Shown here piece after piece: positions 27,638 through 36,791 of a stretch of DNA of 64,000 nucleotides. The DNA comes from Bacillota bacterium. GTDB taxonomy: Bacteria; Bacillota; Dehalobacteriia; UBA4068; UBA4997. Position 1 is the stretch's first letter. Each line of letters begins with the position of its first letter. The position numbers and the translations under genes are program-made. The notes under the pieces were generated by a model that made no database searches, was not told where the DNA came from, and saw nothing but the letters and a program-made list of their open reading frames with translations. Where the stretch lies: NCBI GenBank assembly GCA_021769035.1, contig JAETTP010000003.1, positions 3,010 through 67,009 of the forward strand, read 5' to 3'.

Positions 27638-27667
27638 AAAGGCACGACAAAACAGCATCGTGCCTTT
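27638..27667 (-). terminator. hairpin (possible attenuator or terminator) between yloV and recG
   Basis: 10-bp stem AAAGGCACGA / TCGTGCCTTT. The downstream U-tract on the minus strand is weak (TTAATATAT). Confidence 0.45.
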
Positions 27668-27694
27668 GTTAAATCCAAATCAAAACATACCAAG

Positions 27695-29449
27695 CTATTC
27701 CACAGCCAACAGATAATGATAAACCGCCTGGCCGCCCAGCTGCACCTCAATCTCGTAATCCGGGAATTTCTCCGCCAGCTCCTGCGCCGCCGCTTCCGCC
27801 TCTTCCTCGGTCACGCCCTCGCCGTAAAGCAGGGTTATCAGACTGGTGTCGTCGTCAAACATCTGGGGCAGCAGCTTCAGCAGCGTTTCAAGCACGCTGG
27901 CCTCCACCACGGCAATTTTGCCCTCCAACAGGCCCAAAATATCCCCCTCGTGGATTTCCTGCCCGTCAAACTGGGAATCGCGCACAGCGTAAGTAATCTG
28001 CCCGCTGTGCACCAGCACGGCGGCCTGCTGCATAGTTTCCGCATTTTCCGCAGCCGAAATTTCCGGGTCAAAATTCATCATCGCCGCAATGCCCTGCGTG
28101 ATAAACTTGCTGGGCACCACCACCACCGGCTTATCCGCCAGCTGGCTGGCCTGGTTGGCCGCCATCACAATGTTGCTGTTGTTGGGCAGCACCACCACCT
28201 GCTGGGCCGGCGTGTTATTAACGGCCTGCAAAATATCCTCCGCGCTGGGATTCATGCTCTGGCCGCCGCTAACCAATGTGTTCACGCCCATCTCCGTAAA
28301 TATCTGATCCAAACCGCTGCCGGAGGAAACCGCCACCACGCCGCACAAAGGCAGCTCAACAGGCTCCAGTTCCTCAAACACCTCGGCCACAGCCTCCGCC
28401 GCGCCGTTCATAGCTTGCGCCAACTCGGTGGGCGCTTCCGCAGCTGTTTCAGCTGTCGCCTCTTCCGCCGGCTGCACTGATTGGGCCGGCGGCACCGCAA
28501 CCTGCTCCTTTTCCGCCTCGCTCAACAAGGTTTCCCGGTGTTGGTCCTTCATATTATCAATTTTCAAATCGTGCAAGGAGCCAAACTGCAAAGCATAGCT
28601 CAAAACCGCGCCGGGGTCAGCCGTGTGGATATGCGTTTTCACCACCGTGGCGTTGCCGACAATCACCTGGCTTTCGCCCATACCCTGCAAATGGCGGCGA
28701 TAAGCCTCCACGTCAATACCCTGGCCGTGAATGAAAAATTCCGTGCAGTAATGATTTACCAAATTCTGCGTGCCGGCTGCCTGCTGCTTGGTGAAATCAG
28801 CCTTGGCCTCCACCTGCAAGGGCAGCTCAAACTCCTCGCCGCGCAAAGCGCGCAGGCCGCCCTCAAAAATCGCCACCAAACCGCTGGCGCCGGAATCCAC
28901 CACGCCGGCCTGCTTCAGCACCGGCAGCTGGTTGGGCGTGTTAGCCAGCGCCTGGTGCCCCTGGGCCAACATTAGCTCCAGCAGATTTTCCAAATCCATC
29001 TCTGCGTTTACGGCCACCGCCTCGTCGGCAGCCTCTGCCATTTTGCGGGCCACGGTTAAAATGGTGCCCTCCACCGGGCGCATTACCGATTTATAGGCCA
29101 ACTCCACGCCTTTTTGCATAGCGCGGGCAAAATCCACAGCCGCCACCTGCTGGCAGCCCTCTAACCCCTGCGCAAAGCCGCGCAAAATCTGGCTCAAAAT
29201 CACGCCGGAATTGCCTCTGGCCCCCAAAAGAGCCCCGTGCGCCAGCCGTTCAGCCGCCTTGGGAATATCAGTCTGCGCCGGCAGCTCTTTCACTGCCGAG
29301 CTCATCGTCAAGCCCATATTGGTGCCCGTATCGCCGTCCGGCACCGGAAACACATTCAGCGCATTTATCCGCTCCTTGTTAGCGGTCAGGTTGGCCGAAG
29401 CGCCCACAAAGAAAGCGATAAATTCACTTATATTCAATAGCTTACTCAA
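27695..29449 (-). CDS. yloV: DAK2 domain-containing protein (YloV family)
   Basis: 584 aa. The N-terminal Dak2 motif is NVFPVPDGDTGTNM. The conserved asp23-yloV-recG order is present. TTG start with SD GGGGGA. Confidence 0.85.
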   Translation of the reverse strand: MSKLLNISEFIAFFVGASANLTANKERINALNVFPVPDGDTGTNMGLTMSSAVKELPAQTDIPKAAERLAHGALLGARGNSGVILSQILRGFAQGLEGCQQVAAVDFARAMQKGVELAYKSVMRPVEGTILTVARKMAEAADEAVAVNAEMDLENLLELMLAQGHQALANTPNQLPVLKQAGVVDSGASGLVAIFEGGLRALRGEEFELPLQVEAKADFTKQQAAGTQNLVNHYCTEFFIHGQGIDVEAYRRHLQGMGESQVIVGNATVVKTHIHTADPGAVLSYALQFGSLHDLKIDNMKDQHRETLLSEAEKEQVAVPPAQSVQPAEEATAETAAEAPTELAQAMNGAAEAVAEVFEELEPVELPLCGVVAVSSGSGLDQIFTEMGVNTLVSGGQSMNPSAEDILQAVNNTPAQQVVVLPNNSNIVMAANQASQLADKPVVVVPSKFITQGIAAMMNFDPEISAAENAETMQQAAVLVHSGQITYAVRDSQFDGQEIHEGDILGLLEGKIAVVEASVLETLLKLLPQMFDDDTSLITLLYGEGVTEEEAEAAAQELAEKFPDYEIEVQLGGQAVYHYLLAVE

Positions 29450-29461
29450 ACCGTTTCCCCC

Positions 29462-29818
29462 TTAGTCCAGAATACGCACGCCCTGCACCACCAGATTAAT
29501 GCTGTCCAGCTGCAAGCCAAGGTACTCCTGAACATTGTACTGAATTCTTTGAATCACATTGTTGGCAATTTCGGAAATTTTAGTGCCATAGCCCACAATA
29601 ACATAAACATTCACTTGCAGGCCATCACCCTTTTCAACAATCTCCACGCCGCGGCTCACGGAATCGCGGCCAAGCAAGGTGGCAAAGCCGTCCTTAATCG
29701 TCTTGGAGGACATACCCACCACGCCAAAGCAGTTGGTGGCCGAAAGCCCAATATAAGTGGCCAAAACGTCTTTAGCCACATCAACCGTACCTAAAGTAGT
29801 CTTAAATTCACGTAACAT
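29462..29818 (-). CDS. Asp23/Gls24 family envelope stress protein
   Basis: 118 aa from ATG 29818, with SD GGGAGG. The family-typical profile VVGMS...V.V....G..V.V.V.V.YG..I is present. Confidence 0.85.
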   Translation of the reverse strand: MLREFKTTLGTVDVAKDVLATYIGLSATNCFGVVGMSSKTIKDGFATLLGRDSVSRGVEIVEKGDGLQVNVYVIVGYGTKISEIANNVIQRIQYNVQEYLGLQLDSINLVVQGVRILD

Positions 29819-29991
29819 AATAACCTCCCACAATTTTTTAATATCAGTCAGTTAAATTTCACTAATCCTAGGTTTGCCTAAAAATTTTTATTTTTATTAT
29901 AATATTATATTTTTTATTATACCATTATACCATGCAAGATTTAATATTTCAACTTAAATTTTGCAAATTCTGGGCCAAAGCCGTCGCGGTC

Positions 29992-32274
29992 TTACACCAA
30001 ACCCTCGGCCACCAAACATTCGCCCATCCGTTTGGAGCCGATTACCCACACCAAATCGCCGGCCTCCAACACTATATCCGGCCCCGGATTGATAATTGGC
30101 AGCAGGCTGCGCTCCAACCCCAACAAAAAGCAGCCCCAATCCTGCCGCATTGAGGAATCGCGCAGGTTTTTGCCCACATAGCGCGGCGCCTCGGCCATCT
30201 TCACCGCACAGCAGTAAATCTGCTCGCCCACCGTGGCGTCGCTCTGCCCGGCAATAAAATCTTTCAGCGTCACCGCCGGCTTTTCCAGGGTTTGCAGCAG
30301 GCCGCTATCCTGGCAGTAATAGGTAAAGTTCTCCAAATCCTTAGCCTCGCCCAACAACAAAACCAGGTCGTTGGCTTTCAACTGCTCGCCGCCCTCCGGG
30401 ATATTGATGTGCTTGCGCCCGCGCAAAATCTTAATTGCTTTCAGCTGATAAAGCCGGCCCCAATCCAACTGTTGCAGGCTCCGGCCAACCGCCCCGCCCT
30501 CCGCCGGGCAGCGGAAAGCCTGCACCAAAAGCTGCTCGTTCAGGCTCTGGTGCAAATCGTCACCCTGCTCATGCAGCTTGCGCTCATTAAAATTAGCCAA
30601 AAAGCGGGCCTCAATCCGCAGATACATACTGGTAAACTTGTTAAACTTAAACAGCAACAGCGTCATAGCACAGCAGCTCAAAAGCAGCCAAACCGGGTGG
30701 AATTTTAACAGCCAATACATCGGCAGGCACAGCAGCCACATCGCCAGCAAAACCCGCACCACCATCAGCACCAAAAGCGGCAGACGGTTTTTAATCCCGC
30801 GCAGCCAAAGCGCCGTCATATAGGAATTGCGGAACACCAGCAGCTGGCCCACAAAGGGCAGAATAGCCAGCTCCACCACCAGACACACGGCAGCCTTGCC
30901 CCAGCTCCACTGGCTCACCAAATCCAGCAGCAGGCTGGTGCCCAGCATAAAAATGCCCAGGGAAATTATCGTGTTCAGCAGCAAAGAAACCAGATAGCTT
31001 TTGCCAAAGGCCAGCCAATCGCCATCCTGCAAAGCGCTGTCGTCATCGTTGTTGCCGTATTTTTCCCAGCCGTCGCGCAGCCCCTTGGGCATAATCCGGG
31101 CCAGCCAGGCAGCAAACGGCTCAGCATAGCGTATCATCACCGGCGTTGTGAATGAAGTCACCACGGAAACCGCCACAATCACCGGATACAGGAAATCGCT
31201 GGTGACGCCCAGGGTGGTGCCCAGAGAAGCTATAATATAGGAAAATTCGCCAATTTGCGTCAAGCAAAAGGCCGCGCTGATTGAAGTGGCAATATCCTTG
31301 CCGGCAGCCATCATGCCCAAGGTGAGGAAGATAATTTTGCCAACGATTGTCACCAGGGTGATTAAAACAATCGGCACAATGTACGCCGCCAGCGTGGAGG
31401 GCACCACCAGCAGGCCCACGGAAACAAAGAAAACCGCGCCAAACAAATCCCGGCAAGGCGCCACCAAATGCTCAATGCGCTCCACGTGCACGGTGCCGGC
31501 CAGAATGGAGCCAGCCAAAAAGGCGCCCAAAGCGGAGGAAAAGCCCAAGGCCGAGGCAATCCAGACCATACCAAAGCAAATCCCTAAGGAAATTACCAGC
31601 AGCATTTCATCATTCAGCAAATCGCGCACCTTGTTCAAAAAGGTGGGCAGCAGATAAATGCCCAAAATCAGCCACAGGGCTAAATAGAACAAAAGCTGAC
31701 CAATTGTCATCAATAGGCTCATGCCGCTAATGCCCTGGCTTTGTGACAACGTGGTGAGGATAATCATCAAAAAGATAGCCACAATATCCTCAATAATCAG
31801 CGTGCCAATGGCGTAGCCAGCAAATTTGTGCCCTTTCAGGCCGGAATCCTCCAAGGCCTTAATGGCAATCATCGTTGAGGAAATGGCCAGCATACCACCC
31901 AGGAAAATGCTGTTCATTGTCGACCAGCCCAAAATGTGGCCCAAGCCAACGCCCAGCGTCATCATGCCGACAACCTCAAACAGGCTGGCTAAAATGCCGG
32001 CCAAGCCCACTTTAACAAGCTTGTGAATACTAAATTCCAGACCGACTGCAAACATCAAAAAAATTACGCCAATTTCCGACCACAATTTGATGTTTTCCTG
32101 GTCTGCAATGGTAGGCAAAAAATCAACCACCGGGCCACAGAGAAAACCGGCCAAAATGTAACCAAGCACCAGCGGCTGCTTCAGCTTTTTGCAAAGCAGC
32201 GTCGTCAGTCCCGCCAAAATCAGTATAAGCGCCAAATCGGTTACCAAAGATGGCAGTTCATTCAATAAAATCAC
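29992..32274 (-). CDS. CPA2-family cation:proton antiporter fused to an extra membrane domain and two RCK_C (TrkA-C) domains
   Basis: 760 aa. The N-terminal ~400 aa form a Na+/H+-exchanger fold (KLKQPLVLGYILAGFLCGP). More TM helices follow at about aa 430-540. Two TrkA-C-like segments come next: ..L.ANDLVLLLGEAKDL and ..LEAGDLVWVIGSKR. GTG start with a weak SD. Confidence 0.8.
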   Translation of the reverse strand: MILLNELPSLVTDLALILILAGLTTLLCKKLKQPLVLGYILAGFLCGPVVDFLPTIADQENIKLWSEIGVIFLMFAVGLEFSIHKLVKVGLAGILASLFEVVGMMTLGVGLGHILGWSTMNSIFLGGMLAISSTMIAIKALEDSGLKGHKFAGYAIGTLIIEDIVAIFLMIILTTLSQSQGISGMSLLMTIGQLLFYLALWLILGIYLLPTFLNKVRDLLNDEMLLVISLGICFGMVWIASALGFSSALGAFLAGSILAGTVHVERIEHLVAPCRDLFGAVFFVSVGLLVVPSTLAAYIVPIVLITLVTIVGKIIFLTLGMMAAGKDIATSISAAFCLTQIGEFSYIIASLGTTLGVTSDFLYPVIVAVSVVTSFTTPVMIRYAEPFAAWLARIMPKGLRDGWEKYGNNDDDSALQDGDWLAFGKSYLVSLLLNTIISLGIFMLGTSLLLDLVSQWSWGKAAVCLVVELAILPFVGQLLVFRNSYMTALWLRGIKNRLPLLVLMVVRVLLAMWLLCLPMYWLLKFHPVWLLLSCCAMTLLLFKFNKFTSMYLRIEARFLANFNERKLHEQGDDLHQSLNEQLLVQAFRCPAEGGAVGRSLQQLDWGRLYQLKAIKILRGRKHINIPEGGEQLKANDLVLLLGEAKDLENFTYYCQDSGLLQTLEKPAVTLKDFIAGQSDATVGEQIYCCAVKMAEAPRYVGKNLRDSSMRQDWGCFLLGLERSLLPIINPGPDIVLEAGDLVWVIGSKRMGECLVAEGLV

Positions 32275-32400
32275 CCCACTAATTCATACACTACTAAACT
32301 TTATTAATCCAAATGTACTCTATTTTAAATATATTTTAACATAGAAACTTAAATATTATATAAACAAATTATGAAAGCTAACTGTTTTTTAGTATTTTGC

Positions 32401-32429
32401 TTGCAAATTTCCTGGCAATCGGATATGAT
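32401..32429 (+). promoter_or_regulatory. candidate sigma-A promoter of a small plus-strand transcription unit
   Basis: TTGCAA (32401-32406), a 17-nt spacer, TATGAT (32424-32429). Confidence 0.4.
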
Positions 32430-32532
32430 TAGCTTGTAAAATAATACAAGTTGAAGCCAATAGCAAAAAGGAAATTCATTATGAACAAAACCACCCTTAA
32501 AATCAGTGAACCGCAATAAGCATATCAATACG

Positions 32533-32564
32533 AACAGCACTCCGGCTAAAAACGGAGTGCTGTT
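32533..32564. terminator. strong hairpin terminator (serves the D-Ala-D-Ala carboxypeptidase gene and/or the small plus-strand unit)
   Basis: Perfect 12-bp stem AACAGCACTCCG / CGGAGTGCTGTT. TGCTTGT follows on the plus strand and CGTATTG on the minus strand. Confidence 0.7.
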
Positions 32565-32582
32565 TGCTTGTCGGTAAACCAA

Positions 32583-33731
32583 TCAGTTCAAAGCGCAGGT
32601 GGAGGCCAAAATCTCCCGCCAGCACTGCCAAAGGCCGATTTTTTCCACATCATCAGTAGCCAGCAGAGGCAGGCTTTGCATCAGTTGGCCGTCCTGCAAA
32701 ATTTGCAGCTCGCCCAGCTGAGCGCCGGCGGCCAGCGGCGCTTGCGGCCAAGGCTCCGCCACGTTAATCTGAGTTTCGTAATTGCTGCCGCTGCCGGCCT
32801 GGCTCAACACCCCGGCCGCCTGCTCAATCCTGGCGTCCACCCGGCCGACCGCTCCCTTCTCCACCGGCACGGAGCAAATCAAGGCCCCGGCGGGATAAAG
32901 CAGCTGGTAAGTGTAATTGTTGAAGCCATAATTCAGCAGCTTCATAGACTCGGTGAAATGCCCTTGCTGAGGCTCCACACCCATCACCACGGAAATCAGC
33001 CGTAAATCACCGCGGCAGGCTGTGGCTACCAAATTGCGCTTGGCCTCGGAGGTGTAGCCGGTTTTCAGGCCGTCCACCCCGTCATACCACTTCAGCAGGC
33101 GGTTGGTGTTCCACAACACCAGCGGCTTAGGGTCGCCGCGGAATTGATATTCGTAAATGCCGGTGTACTCCAGCAAATGCGGCACCTGCACAGCGTGGCG
33201 GGCCAAAATCGCCATATCCGCCGCCGTGGTGTAATGCTCAGGATCATGCAGGCCGTGTGGATTGGCATAATGCGTACCGCTCATGCCCAGCTCCGCCGCG
33301 CGCTTGTTCATCATATCAACAAAGTTGCCCACAGAACCGCCAACGTGCTCGGCCACGGCCACGCTGGCGTCGTTGCCGGAGCCCACAGCCACAGCAATCA
33401 GCATCTCGTGCAGGGTGCGGGTTTCACCCACGTAAAGATACACCTGGGAGCCGCCCATGCTGGCCGCATATTCACTAGTCGTCACCTGGTCCTCCAGGCT
33501 GACGTCGCCACGCTCCACGGCCTCCAAAGCCAAAACCAGCGTCATAATCTTAGTGGTGCTGGCCGGAAAACGCTGCACATCAGCATTGGACGAGGCCAAA
33601 ACCTGGCCGCTGTTGGCCTCCAGCAGCACATAGGCCGCCGCGTCAAGCTGCGGCGGCTCCGCCGCCCAGGCCGGGCCGGCCAAACAAAAGGCCAACAACA
33701 AACTTAAACAAAGCCATATTTTGTTACGCAT
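32583..33731 (-). CDS. serine-type D-Ala-D-Ala carboxypeptidase (S11; DacB/DacF-like)
   Basis: Start at ATG 33731 (MRNKIWLCLSLLLAFCLAGPAWA), with SD GGAGGG. Motifs are SxxK (ASTTKIMT) and KTGYT. Confidence 0.85.
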   Translation of the reverse strand: MRNKIWLCLSLLLAFCLAGPAWAAEPPQLDAAAYVLLEANSGQVLASSNADVQRFPASTTKIMTLVLALEAVERGDVSLEDQVTTSEYAASMGGSQVYLYVGETRTLHEMLIAVAVGSGNDASVAVAEHVGGSVGNFVDMMNKRAAELGMSGTHYANPHGLHDPEHYTTAADMAILARHAVQVPHLLEYTGIYEYQFRGDPKPLVLWNTNRLLKWYDGVDGLKTGYTSEAKRNLVATACRGDLRLISVVMGVEPQQGHFTESMKLLNYGFNNYTYQLLYPAGALICSVPVEKGAVGRVDARIEQAAGVLSQAGSGSNYETQINVAEPWPQAPLAAGAQLGELQILQDGQLMQSLPLLATDDVEKIGLWQCWREILASTCALN

Positions 33732-33870
33732 AAAGCAAACCCTCCAAACATAGCAACAAACTCTATCTATTGCTATGCCAGAGGGCCACGCTTTATGCAA
33801 AGTTAATCAATCTGTAAGTTAGAACACTAATTAAAAATTCAGCAACACCTGGCTTCGGATTGTCAATATC

Positions 33871-35043
33871 TCAAAATATTTTGATTTCGCGCCGCATATT
33901 CACGGAAAGCACCAAACCCATCGCCATCATATTGATAAGCAGGCTGGTGCCGCCGTAGCTGAAAAACGGCAGAGTAATGCCGGTAATCGGCATAAAGCCC
34001 ATTGTCATGCCAATATTTACAAAAATTTGGAAAAACAGCATGGCCACAATGCCGGAAGCAATCAACGAGCCGAACAAGTCCGCCGATTGATTGGCAATCC
34101 GCATAATCCGCAGCAGCAGCAGCAAAAACAGCAGTAGCACCCCAACCGAGCCCACAAAGCCCAGCTCCTCGCCCACCACAGAAAAAACAAAATCCGTGTG
34201 GTGGGAAGGCACAAAACCGCTCTGCACCTGCGAGCCCTCGCCGTAGCCCTTGCCCAGCAGGCCGCCGGAGCCGATGGCCACCATCGACTGGATTAGCTGA
34301 TAGCCCTCGTCTATGGGATCCATCTGTGGGTTGATGAAAATAATCAGGCGGTTCAGCTGATAAGTGTGCATAGGCAGCGGCACCGGCAGCTCCTCAATCA
34401 TATGCTCAAAGCCGCCGGTGGCAAACCAAAGGTCCAGGAAAATCAGGCCCACCAGCAGGGCAATCGCCAGCAGCAGTATCAAGATACGCCGGCGCGGAAT
34501 GCCGCTAAGCCACATCATCACCAGCATAGTAAAGCCGAAAACCAGCGTGCTGCCCAAATCAGGCTCCATCAAAATCAGCGCCATAGGCACGGCCATAAGC
34601 GCAAAAACCCCAAAAAAGGTGCTCCAGTCGGCAATCCGCTCCTGCCGCTGGCTCAAAAATTTGGCCAAGGCCACAATCATAATCAGCTTGCCCAGCTCCG
34701 AGGGCTGAAACATATAGTTGCCAATAGCGTACGAACGGTGCGCATCCGTCAGGGCGTTTTCTGAGATAGGCGCAAAAAAAACGCCAATCAGCAGCAGCAG
34801 CAAACCAACATAAGCCAAAGGCACATAGTGGCTCAAATCCCGGTAATTATACAAGGCCGCGCCAACCATCGCCACCAACCCCACGCCCAAAAACATCAGC
34901 TGCCGCTTCACATAATACGTTGAACCGTTAAGGCTTACATTAGCGCTGGCCGAGGCCAGCACCACAAAGCTAACCGTAATCAGCAAAGCCAGCAAAATCA
35001 AAAAAACCCAATCCAGGTTTTTAAACATCTTTTTGTCAAACAC
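33871..35043 (-). CDS. rodA: FtsW/RodA/SpoVE (SEDS) family peptidoglycan polymerase, RodA-like
   Basis: Polytopic membrane protein with SEDS motifs (SEL.K, LEPDLGS, GLLGKG.G.G.Q, LP..HTDF.F). It lies beside minCDE and PBP2. The start is ambiguous: GTG 35043 (SD GGGAG 7 nt upstream) or ATG 35028. Confidence 0.85.
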   Translation of the reverse strand: MFDKKMFKNLDWVFLILLALLITVSFVVLASASANVSLNGSTYYVKRQLMFLGVGLVAMVGAALYNYRDLSHYVPLAYVGLLLLLIGVFFAPISENALTDAHRSYAIGNYMFQPSELGKLIMIVALAKFLSQRQERIADWSTFFGVFALMAVPMALILMEPDLGSTLVFGFTMLVMMWLSGIPRRRILILLLAIALLVGLIFLDLWFATGGFEHMIEELPVPLPMHTYQLNRLIIFINPQMDPIDEGYQLIQSMVAIGSGGLLGKGYGEGSQVQSGFVPSHHTDFVFSVVGEELGFVGSVGVLLLFLLLLLRIMRIANQSADLFGSLIASGIVAMLFFQIFVNIGMTMGFMPITGITLPFFSYGGTSLLINMMAMGLVLSVNMRREIKIF

Positions 35044-35101
35044 ATTTAATCTCCCAAAAATTAATCTATCTATCCCCGAATCAATAAACTTCCCCAAGCT
35101 T

Positions 35102-35386
35102 TCATTCCCTTTTAATCCGCACCACCGGAATACTAGCCACCAGGGCGATTTCCCCCTCGCTCTTGTTAAAGGCCATATCCAGCTGCCCCTCGTCAATCAC
35201 CATATAGCGGGAAATCAGCTTGATTAGCTCCGCCCGCAACTGAAGCAGCATATCCTCCGGCAGGCTGTTGCCCCGGTCCTGCACCAAAACCAGACGCAGA
35301 CGTTCCTTGGCAATCTCCTTGGAATGTATTTTTTTATCTTCCTCCTTGGGAAAGAATTTTGTCAAAACCTCGGAAAAACTCATCAT
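35102..35386 (-). CDS. minE: cell division topological specificity factor MinE
   Basis: About 94 aa and immediately after minD. The KERL.L.L..DR motif is present. Tandem ATGs at 35386 and 35383 follow GGGAGGG. Confidence 0.85.
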   Translation of the reverse strand: MMSFSEVLTKFFPKEEDKKIHSKEIAKERLRLVLVQDRGNSLPEDMLLQLRAELIKLISRYMVIDEGQLDMAFNKSEGEIALVASIPVVRIKRE

Positions 35387-35397
35387 CAACCCTCCCT

Positions 35398-36192
35398 TTA
35401 GCGCGCTGCAAACAGATTTTTCAGGCGGCTTAAAAAGCCGTCCTTCTCCGACAAATCCAAAAGCGGCACTTCGTCGCCGCAAAGCCTTTGGGTAATATTC
35501 CGATAGGCTTGTCCGGCGCGGGAAAGGTCGTCCAGCACCGCGGGCTCGCCCCGGTTGGTGGAGGTCACAATGGAATCGTCGTCCGGCACAATGCCCAACA
35601 AATCCACGGCCAAAATTTCCAGCATATCCTCCACCGACATCATATCGCCATTTTGCACCATACGCGTACGGATACGGTTGATAATCAAGTGCGGCTCTCC
35701 CAGGCCCGCCGCCTCCAGCAGGCCGATAATCCGATCGGCGTCCCGCACGGCGGAAACCTCCGGCACCGTCACCACAATCGCCCGGTCCGCCCCGGCAATC
35801 GCATTTTTAAAGCCATGCTCAATGCCGGCTGGGCAGTCGATTAATATATAATCAAACTGCGGCTTCAAAGCTTCAATCAGCTCCACCATCTGCACCTCAG
35901 AAACGGCGGTTTTATCCTTGGTTTGGGCCGCGGGCAACAGATACATATTTTCAAAACGCTTGTCTTTAATCAGGGCCTGCTTCAGACGGCAACGCCCCTG
36001 CACAACATCAACCACATCGTAAACAATGCGGTTTTCCAGCCCCAGCACAACATCAAGGTTGCGCAAACCAATATCCGTATCCAGCATCACAACCTGCTTG
36101 CCCAGGCGGGCCAGGCCGCAGCCCAAATTGGCGGTGGTGGTGGTTTTGCCAACGCCTCCCTTGCCGGAGGTTACGACATACACAACTCCCAT
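35398..36192 (-). CDS. minD: septum site-determining ATPase MinD
   Basis: Start at ATG 36192 (MGVVYVVTSGKGGVGKTT, deviant Walker A), with SD GAGGGAGG. 264 aa. Confidence 0.9.
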   Translation of the reverse strand: MGVVYVVTSGKGGVGKTTTTANLGCGLARLGKQVVMLDTDIGLRNLDVVLGLENRIVYDVVDVVQGRCRLKQALIKDKRFENMYLLPAAQTKDKTAVSEVQMVELIEALKPQFDYILIDCPAGIEHGFKNAIAGADRAIVVTVPEVSAVRDADRIIGLLEAAGLGEPHLIINRIRTRMVQNGDMMSVEDMLEILAVDLLGIVPDDDSIVTSTNRGEPAVLDDLSRAGQAYRNITQRLCGDEVPLLDLSEKDGFLSRLKNLFAAR

Positions 36193-36215
36193 AAAACTTC
36201 CTCCCTCAAAAAAAC

Positions 36216-36587
36216 TTATTTGCTGATAACGTATTTTTCGATTACCACCTCGCCGTCCTTCAGGAAAGCCACCTCCGGGCAAAAGGCCTCTGGTAGGGGC
36301 TGGCCGTCCGGCGGCCGGGTGATGTAAGAAGCTATGCGAATTTGCGTTGGCAAAAGAGATGAAGCCAAAACCGTGGCGCTGCAATCGCCATGGGCCCCGG
36401 CGTGCACCACACCCCTAAGGGCGCCCAGCACCACCACGTGCCCATCTGCAATGATTTCCGCGCCAGGGTTGACGTCCCCCAGCACCACCACATTGCCGCC
36501 AAAGCTGACTTTCTGCCCGGAGCGCAAAGTCCTCTGCACCAGGGCGGTATCACTAACTAATCTGACGCTCTCTTCTGATATAACCAA
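36216..36587 (-). CDS. minC: septum site-determining protein MinC, C-terminal domain only (123 aa)
   Basis: The beta-helix C-terminal domain motifs are RSGQ.V.F.GNVVVLGDVNPGAEI.A.G.VVV.G.LRG..HAG. TTG start at 36587 with GGAGG 8 nt upstream. No N-terminal domain is encoded upstream. Confidence 0.75.
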   Translation of the reverse strand: MVISEESVRLVSDTALVQRTLRSGQKVSFGGNVVVLGDVNPGAEIIADGHVVVLGALRGVVHAGAHGDCSATVLASSLLPTQIRIASYITRPPDGQPLPEAFCPEVAFLKDGEVVIEKYVISK

Positions 36588-36791
36588 AACCTAAGCCTCC
36601 TTAATCAAAAAAATCCGTTGCATCTTTTTGCTGAGATTAATTTCTGAAAGTAAGTTGGCTTTTCCTTGTCTTGATTACGAAAGCTTTGCGTCAAATTGCA
36701 GCAGATTGCCGCAAAATCAGCCGGTCTTGCCATTTTTTATATTATATTACGTTTCAATCCTCCTCTTTCGGCAATTATATTGCCAACTTTT

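Noticed and set aside
36604-36732. A 42-codon ORF (MARPADFAAICCNLTQSFRNQDKEKPTYFQKLISAKRCNGFF) between PBP2 and minC, considered as a possible gene or a MinC N-terminal remnant.
   Set aside because: The nearest SD (GAGGAGG) is about 24 nt from the ATG. There is no recognisable MinC N-domain similarity by eye. The ORF is kept only as a note within the short-MinC finding.
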